DNA from: Planctomycetales bacterium
GTDB lineage: Bacteria; 4484-113; JAFGCY01
Reading direction: 5' to 3'
DNA length: 32,000 nucleotides
NCBI GenBank assembly: GCA_022646745.1
Contig: CP060262.1
Location: 180,001 to 212,000 of the forward strand
A program made the translations under genes and the position numbers. Within the stretch, counting starts at the first letter, position 1. Each line of letters starts with the position of its first letter. The notes beneath the pieces were generated by a model. The model was not told the DNA's origin, did no database searches, and saw only the letters and a list, made by a program, of their open reading frames with translations. Below are positions 23,045 through 29,278 of the stretch, in pieces.

Positions 23045-24409
23045 TCAGTCCCAGCTGCCGAAGCTGTGGATGGTCAGTTCCTGCCCAACCTCAAGTGCGG
23101 CAAGTGGATCGGTGGAAGAACCGTCCTGGGTTGCAATGCCAAGCAGCTCCAGCAGGCGGCGCTGGGCTGAGCTGGCGATCCAGCCGGCCACGCTGCCACC
23201 CCGGTCCGCCGCACGCAGCACGGCAGGAGCACTGCCGGGGATCTGCACGGTGCCGCTCGCTGCCCTGTCTGCGGATTCCCCGGACTGGCCGGCAACCAGC
23301 AGCTCACTGGCGTTCTCCACGATTCCACTGACGGGATCGGCACGGGAAATGGAGCTGGCCAGGTCGTCCATCGTGGGCGGCATCGGTGCCCCATTCAGGG
23401 CCGTACCGGGCCGGTACTCAGGCAGGATGAACTCCGTCACCTCGGTCAACACCGGAGCCTGGCCTTCACGGGACTCCCACCAGGCGGCAAAGCCCTCTGC
23501 CTGCTCACGCTGGGTCAGCCCAACCTCTTCACTCAGGACATAGATGGTGTCGCGACCCTCGAAGTAGAATCCGCCTTCATCGCGGCCGTGCAGCAGCAGC
23601 CAGTAGCCCTCATTCACGCCGTCACTGTCGATGTCGACGCTGTAATAGCTGAAGTCGCCGCTGCTCTTCTCCTCGAACTGCACGCTGCGCATCGGGCGGT
23701 CATTGAAGCCGCAGGGCGGATAGGTTGCGCCAAGCTTGTTGGAGTTGATCAGTTCATCGCGGCGGTTGTCGTCCCCCAGCAGGCGGAAGGGATAACCCTG
23801 GTTCTCCTGGTGGAAGGACTCCAGCGCCATCTGGATGCGAAACAGGCCCTGGCGTGCGATCAGCTCGCGACTGGCGAATTCGTCCCACTCCTGGCCACTG
23901 TATAGATAAGGACGGCGGCGGGCATCGGCCAGGCTGTCGAAGCTCAGGGCATCGAAGATGTCAATGCGCCAGGCCTTGCCTTCAAAGGCATCGGAATCAG
24001 TGTTGTTCTGCCGGATCAGGTAGTAGTAGATCCGCTCGGTGATGTCCACCCCATCTTCGGGGCTGCCATCGGAGAAGTCCACGGTGACGCGCATGGTTTC
24101 GCGGTCCGCATCCTCGAGTGGCGTGATCTCGCGGATCTCATAGCCACGGTCGATCTGCTCCCGGCGGGCGCGGTAGTAGGCGTTCATGCGTGCCACGTCA
24201 GCCTTGAAGGCTGAACGGAACTCGCGCGAGAAGTAGTGGTCGGCATCGACGTACTCCTCGGCGGCAATCGCCTTGAAGTGCTCCACCACCACCTCGCCCG
24301 GAGGCAGCTGCGCCAGGGCCAGGCCAGGCACAAGCAGGGCCAGCAGGCCGGCCGCAGCCAGCGCAAGAGCATAGATCGGTAACCTGTTGGAGAATCCTCG
24401 CATCAGCAT
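23045..24409 (-). CDS. Secreted protein of unknown function (454 aa)
   Basis: Signal peptide LPIYALALAAAGLLALLVPGLALA-Q. I recognise no catalytic motif. The central segment ARQGLFRIQMALESFHQENQGYPFRLLG resembles pilin/GspG-type globular domains, but this is weak. Confidence 0.6.
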   Translation of the reverse strand: MLMRGFSNRLPIYALALAAAGLLALLVPGLALAQLPPGEVVVEHFKAIAAEEYVDADHYFSREFRSAFKADVARMNAYYRARREQIDRGYEIREITPLEDADRETMRVTVDFSDGSPEDGVDITERIYYYLIRQNNTDSDAFEGKAWRIDIFDALSFDSLADARRRPYLYSGQEWDEFASRELIARQGLFRIQMALESFHQENQGYPFRLLGDDNRRDELINSNKLGATYPPCGFNDRPMRSVQFEEKSSGDFSYYSVDIDSDGVNEGYWLLLHGRDEGGFYFEGRDTIYVLSEEVGLTQREQAEGFAAWWESREGQAPVLTEVTEFILPEYRPGTALNGAPMPPTMDDLASSISRADPVSGIVENASELLVAGQSGESADRAASGTVQIPGSAPAVLRAADRGGSVAGWIASSAQRRLLELLGIATQDGSSTDPLAALEVGQELTIHSFGSWD

Positions 24410-24461
24410 TCAGCGTACACCGGCATAGTCCAGATACAGAGAATATCAGCGCGGGAACCCA

Positions 24462-24498
24462 GAAAAATAAATAGCCCACCCTGGGAGGGGTGGGCTAT
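24462..24498 (-). terminator. Rho-independent terminator of the sigma/anti-sigma operon
   Basis: The minus strand has ATAGCCCACCC-ctccca-GGGTGGGCTAT followed by TTATTTTTC. The stem is a perfect 11 bp. Confidence 0.8.
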
Positions 24499-24542
24499 CC
24501 AGCCAGGGCCTGCACATCGGCCCCGGTTCCATCCTTCTGGTG

Positions 24543-25412
24543 TTACGGCAGATCCACACCAATTTCGTCAATAAGAGTGTTATCAGCGTCGGGCCCGAGA
24601 TTGCCGGCGTTGTAGCCAAGCTCCCGGAGTTCAAGCAGGGACAGTTCGGAAGTGCTGCCCATGCCCTCAGGATCAGCCTGGACATCGATGCGCACCCTGC
24701 CGTCCTCGTTGCGCTTGATGTCGAGCCTGATATTGCTCAGTCCGGCTTCCTCGAGAACCTCGAAGACCAGCAGGCTGAGCTGGTTGTCGTCCATTTCGTC
24801 GATCTTCTGCGCACCACCGAGGCGGGAACCGACCTCGCGCAGCATGTTTTCGTGGATGCGGGCCTCGATCGGGTGCGCATCGTGGTGCACCGCAGCCAGC
24901 ACCGGGAAGTCCCCGGACAGGCCGTCGTAGTATGCCTGGGCAGATTCGCCGTCCACGCCGCGCATCACGATCACGAGCTGCTGGCCTTCGGCGGCGCCGA
25001 TCAGGAACAGCTTCATGCCGGACTGCGGGATCGCCATGTCCTCAAATTTCGACAGGCTGGCGGCCTTGAGCTCGGTGAACTGCGGGCTGTCATGGCCCCA
25101 GTCTGAAGGCAGGTCCGCCACGAGGGTGGTACCGACATTCACGGACTGGGCCGGCATCATCCACATCCCACCGACCATCAGCAGCACCAGCATCGGCGCA
25201 GCCGCATAGCGCAGCTGGCGCTGGTAGCCATCGAGGAACGCCAGGTACCAGGGCACACGCACCGGCGGAGCACTCTCCACCAGGGCCACCACCCTGTCCC
25301 ATGACATGATCTCCACGGAGGGCTGGGAGCTGCGCAGCAGGTCCCGGAGCTCAGCCGACAGGCCCTGCTCCGTCTCCGGAAGATCCCTCATGTTGCTGGA
25401 ACCATATTCCAT
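24543..25412 (-). CDS. Putative membrane-anchored anti-sigma factor (position-based call)
   Basis: 289 aa, starting 46 bp after the ECF sigma stop. Single TM AAAPMLVLLMVGGMWMM at about aa 70-88. There is no zf-HC2 motif, and the ~200-aa extracytoplasmic domain is unrecognised. Confidence 0.45.
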   Translation of the reverse strand: MEYGSSNMRDLPETEQGLSAELRDLLRSSQPSVEIMSWDRVVALVESAPPVRVPWYLAFLDGYQRQLRYAAAPMLVLLMVGGMWMMPAQSVNVGTTLVADLPSDWGHDSPQFTELKAASLSKFEDMAIPQSGMKLFLIGAAEGQQLVIVMRGVDGESAQAYYDGLSGDFPVLAAVHHDAHPIEARIHENMLREVGSRLGGAQKIDEMDDNQLSLLVFEVLEEAGLSNIRLDIKRNEDGRVRIDVQADPEGMGSTSELSLLELRELGYNAGNLGPDADNTLIDEIGVDLP

Positions 25413-25457
25413 TTTTCTTTTCCCGGTATCCCCGCTATATTTCAGCCTGGTCAGGGA

Positions 25458-25988
25458 TCATTCGTCAATCCCGTCCCTCTTCAATAGCTCCGACAGTCTC
25501 TGCCGCGACCGGTGCAGCAGGACCCTGACGGCGCTGTCCTTCTTGTCCATCACGCTGCAGATCTCCTTGATGGAGAGACCATGCACCTCGAACAGGAGCA
25601 ACGCCTGCCGCTGGTCCGGAGAAAGCTTCTCGACCGCTGCCCACAGCACCCGGCTGCGGGCTTCACGCTCGGTCCACTCCTCATCCCGGGGGGACCTGAA
25701 ACCCAGGTCCTCCGGTGGCATCGCTTCCGGTTGCCGCGACTCCCGCCGCAGGCTCTGCCTGAAGGTATTGGCGATTATCCGGAACATCCAGGACTTGAAT
25801 GCTCCATCCTCCCTGAGCTGGTGGATATTCACCAGCCCCGTGAGGATCGCCTGGGCATAAACGTCATCCGCTGAGACCTTGTCCCGCGTCAGGGTGTATG
25901 CCCACCTCTGGCAGTCCGTATTCACCGGCTCCAGCAGTCTCATGAACCGACGATTGCGCTCGTCTGTCAGATCCTGCTGCGACACCAT
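25458..25988 (-). CDS. ECF (group IV sigma-70) RNA polymerase sigma factor
   Basis: 176 aa. Region 2 is DDVYAQAILTGLVNIHQLREDGAFKSWMFRIIANTFRQSLRR. Region 4 is LSPDQRQALLLFEVHGLSIKEICSVMDKKDSAVRVLLHRSRQRL. Confidence 0.88.
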   Translation of the reverse strand: MVSQQDLTDERNRRFMRLLEPVNTDCQRWAYTLTRDKVSADDVYAQAILTGLVNIHQLREDGAFKSWMFRIIANTFRQSLRRESRQPEAMPPEDLGFRSPRDEEWTEREARSRVLWAAVEKLSPDQRQALLLFEVHGLSIKEICSVMDKKDSAVRVLLHRSRQRLSELLKRDGIDE

Positions 25989-26253
25989 TCCCGGACCACG
26001 CTTACTAGATCACTCAACACGCTGGAATGTTACTGTCCGTGCGCAGGAATTTAATGAAAAATGCATACCTATGTATTTCATCAGTTTCCTGGCCCGCAGC
26101 AGCTGGAACATTCCAGCGGAAATATAACATCCAGGCAACTATATTACAAGTGTGGTCATTTAACACAAACGAGACCGATTTGAAAACTGGCCTTATCCGC
26201 ACACCCGGTCATGAGATTCCCACGCTGTTATACTCGTTAAAAACGCCAGCCAG

Positions 26254-26757
26254 ATGGGGCTTATCGTGAATGCTGAAATCGTAAACAAGTTCTTTGGATC
26301 CACCGCAACCGTGCTGCGGGACTACTTCCACCTGGATGTATCAAGCGGCGGCAGCGCTTCCCTCGTGAAGATGCCTGCGGCCCTCGACCATGTATCGGTG
26401 ATCCTGTCCTTCACGGGCGACCTGACGGGCCAGTTCGTGATGGGATTCAGTTCCGAAATGGCCCTGAACATGGCACGCACCATGATCGGGAATGCCGAGT
26501 ATGAACGCTTCGACGAGCTCTGCCAGAGCGCGATCGGCGAACTCGGCAACATGATCTGCGGCATGACCAGCGCGGAGCTCACGACGATGGGCTACACCTG
26601 TGACATCGCCCCGCCGGTGGTGCTGGTCAACGAGCATGCCTCAATGAGTTTCGGAGTACCGACCCTGATCGCCCAGCCGATCAGCACGCCCAATGGAGCC
26701 TTCCGCATCTGCATCGGCATGTCGCCGAGCAAGAAGCGGGTCCCGGTTGCCAACTAG
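26254..26757 (+). CDS. cheX: CheX/CheC-family chemotaxis protein (CheY-P phosphatase-like)
   Basis: 167 aa. VSVILSFTGDLTGQFVMGFSSEMALNMARTMIG ... SAIGELGNMICG. It lies immediately upstream of cheA. GTG 26266 is an alternative start. Confidence 0.75.
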   Translation: MGLIVNAEIVNKFFGSTATVLRDYFHLDVSSGGSASLVKMPAALDHVSVILSFTGDLTGQFVMGFSSEMALNMARTMIGNAEYERFDELCQSAIGELGNMICGMTSAELTTMGYTCDIAPPVVLVNEHASMSFGVPTLIAQPISTPNGAFRICIGMSPSKKRVPVAN

Positions 26758-26769
26758 GGGAACAAACTG

Positions 26770-29184
26770 ATGTCCAACGACTTATCGCAATACATGGACA
26801 TGTTCGCGGCCGAGTCCCGTGAACACCTGCAATCCCTCAACCAGAGCCTGCTGAAGTTCGAGCAGGACACGGAAGACATTGACATCGTCAACGAGATATT
26901 CCGCAGCGCACACACGCTGAAGGGGATGTCCGCCACGATGGGCTTCAATGACGTCGCCGAACTGACGCACAACATGGAGAACCTGCTCACGCCGGTTCGC
27001 CAGTCGGAAATGAAGGCGACGGATGAGACGATCGAGCTGCTGTTCAACTGCCTGGATGCTCTGGAGAGCATGATTGACGCGCACATCGAGCAGGTTGAGC
27101 ATGACGTAGACATCAGCGGCCTCGTCAGCCAGATGGCGGAGATGGCAAAGGGCGTCGAGGGCACGGCCCGCAAGCTGGCGGCCTCCGGCAGTGAGGCGGA
27201 GGCGTCCACGGATGGTGCCTACCCGGCCCAGATCGGCGATGACCTGCTGGAGGAGATTGCCAGCTCCGCCAACAACGGCAAGCCCGCCTGGCATGTGCAT
27301 GTGGACATCGCAGAAGCCTGCGAGATGCTCAACGTGCGTGGCTACATGGTGATCGCCGCAGTCAAGGAGAACGGCCATATCCTGCACTGCGTGCCGGACG
27401 AGGACACGATCGTCAACGGCGAGGGTGCACGCACATTCGACCTGATCATGCTCGGCGATGCCGACCCTGAGTCGGTCAGCGCCACCCTGTGCAGCATTTC
27501 CGAGATCAGCAGCGCCAGCTGCACTCCCTTCGGAGAGGGTGGTCCTGCCCAGCCCGGCCTGCCGGACATTGCCAGGATATTCGGCCTGTCCGCCAACGAG
27601 CTGGCCCTGTTGAGCGGCGGGCTCGGCGAATCGCAGCACGCCCTGCTTGTGTCGGTCACCCTGGAGGAGGAGTGCGTGCTCAAGAGCGCGCGGATCTTCA
27701 TGGTGCACCGCGCGCTGGAGGAATGCGGCGAGATCGTGTTCGTCAACCCACCGGTCGAGGAAATTGAAAGTGACAATTTCGGCAGCACCGTGCATTTCAT
27801 GGCGGTCACCGAACATCCGCAGGAAGAGATCAGGCAGTCGCTTGCCAACGTGAGCGAGCTGGCCGGCTACAGCGTGCAGCAGGTTGACACCAACCCGCCG
27901 GCGGAGGAAGACAAGCCCGCGCAGGCGATGGCCAGTGCCGGGCAGGCCGCAGCGGCTTCCGCGGCCGGCAGCCAGGCTGAGGTGCCCCAGCAGGGACAGC
28001 AGCAGCAGGCAGCACGTGGCACCGAGAAAGTGCGCCACGCCCAGACGATCCGTGTTGACACTGAGCGCCTTGACATGCTGCTCAACCTCGTCGGTGAGCT
28101 GGTGATCGGCAAGACCCGGCTGCAGCAGCTGGCAACGGAGACCCGCAACCGCGAGATGGCGGACAGCATCGAGCACTTCGGGCAGGTCGTGTTCGACCTG
28201 CAGAGCGTCGTGATGCAGACCCGCATGGTGCCGATTGAGACCGTGTTCAACCGCTTCCCGCGCATGATCCGCGACCTCGCCAAGAGCCGCGACAAGAAGA
28301 TCAACCTCGAGATGAGCGGCGCCGAGACCGAGATGGACCGCACGGTGATCGACGAGATCGGCGACCCGCTGGTGCACCTGATCCGCAACAGCGTCGACCA
28401 CGGGCTGGAATCACCGGCCGAGCGCCAGGCGGCGGGCAAGGACCCGGAGGGGCACCTGCACCTTGCGGCCTTCCACGAGGGCAGCAACGTCTTCATCCAG
28501 ATCCGGGACGACGGCCGGGGCATCGACCCGGACATCATCCGGCGCAAGGCAGTCGAGAAGGGCATCATCAGCCAGGATGCCGCCGGCAAGCTGAGCAACC
28601 AGCAGGCGATCGAGCTGATCTTCGAGCCCGGCTTCTCCACGGCCGAGCAGGTGACCGACATCTCCGGCCGCGGTGTGGGCATGGATGCCGTGCGCAGCAA
28701 GATCGACTACCTCAACGGCGAAGTGAACATGACTAGTGAGACGGGCAAGGGCACGGTCGTCACGATCAAGCTCCCGCTCACGCTGGCAATCGTGCAGGCC
28801 CAGCTGGTTGACATCGCACGCGAGGTGTTCGCAATCCCGCTGGCCTACATCGAGGAGACGCTCAAGGTGGTCCCGACGGACATCAAGCGTGCCAACCAGA
28901 AGGACGTTATCATGCTGCGCGGCGACATCCTGCCGCTGGTGTACATGCGCGAGCTGCTGGGCAGCCCGGCGACGGAGGAGCGCAGCGACAGCATGTTCGT
29001 GATCGTCGTTGCCAGCGGCAAGCAGCGCATCGGCCTGGTGGCCGACCGCCCGCTGGCCCAGATGGAGATCGTGATCAAGAGCCTCGGCCGATTCCTGAAT
29101 GACGTGCCCTACATGGCAGGCGGCACGATCCTCGGCGACGGCCGGGTGGCGCTGATCCTCGACGTGGCCCAGCTGGCAGCCTAG
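26770..29184 (+). CDS. cheA: Chemotaxis histidine kinase CheA (P1, two P2-like domains, P3, P4, P5)
   Basis: 804 aa. HPt FRSAHTLKGMSATMGF, dimerisation region TIRVDTERLDMLLNLVGELVI, N box HLIRNSVDHGLE, G1 DDGRGID, G2 GRGVGMD, and a C-terminal CheW-like domain. Confidence 0.92.
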   Translation: MSNDLSQYMDMFAAESREHLQSLNQSLLKFEQDTEDIDIVNEIFRSAHTLKGMSATMGFNDVAELTHNMENLLTPVRQSEMKATDETIELLFNCLDALESMIDAHIEQVEHDVDISGLVSQMAEMAKGVEGTARKLAASGSEAEASTDGAYPAQIGDDLLEEIASSANNGKPAWHVHVDIAEACEMLNVRGYMVIAAVKENGHILHCVPDEDTIVNGEGARTFDLIMLGDADPESVSATLCSISEISSASCTPFGEGGPAQPGLPDIARIFGLSANELALLSGGLGESQHALLVSVTLEEECVLKSARIFMVHRALEECGEIVFVNPPVEEIESDNFGSTVHFMAVTEHPQEEIRQSLANVSELAGYSVQQVDTNPPAEEDKPAQAMASAGQAAAASAAGSQAEVPQQGQQQQAARGTEKVRHAQTIRVDTERLDMLLNLVGELVIGKTRLQQLATETRNREMADSIEHFGQVVFDLQSVVMQTRMVPIETVFNRFPRMIRDLAKSRDKKINLEMSGAETEMDRTVIDEIGDPLVHLIRNSVDHGLESPAERQAAGKDPEGHLHLAAFHEGSNVFIQIRDDGRGIDPDIIRRKAVEKGIISQDAAGKLSNQQAIELIFEPGFSTAEQVTDISGRGVGMDAVRSKIDYLNGEVNMTSETGKGTVVTIKLPLTLAIVQAQLVDIAREVFAIPLAYIEETLKVVPTDIKRANQKDVIMLRGDILPLVYMRELLGSPATEERSDSMFVIVVASGKQRIGLVADRPLAQMEIVIKSLGRFLNDVPYMAGGTILGDGRVALILDVAQLAA

Positions 29185-29229
29185 GGGCCGATGGCAGCGC
29201 TGCAGCGCGCCCAGGTGTGAAGAGAAAGG

Positions 29230-29260
29230 AAAAAGGGGCTGCCGCAGCAGCCCCTATGTT
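29230..29260. terminator. Hairpin terminator between convergent cheA and the PKD/propeller gene
   Basis: AAAAA-GGGGCTGC-cgca-GCAGCCCC-tatgttt. On the minus strand the stem is followed by TTTTT. Confidence 0.75.
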
Positions 29261-29278
29261 TCGATTCGATGTTGCCAG

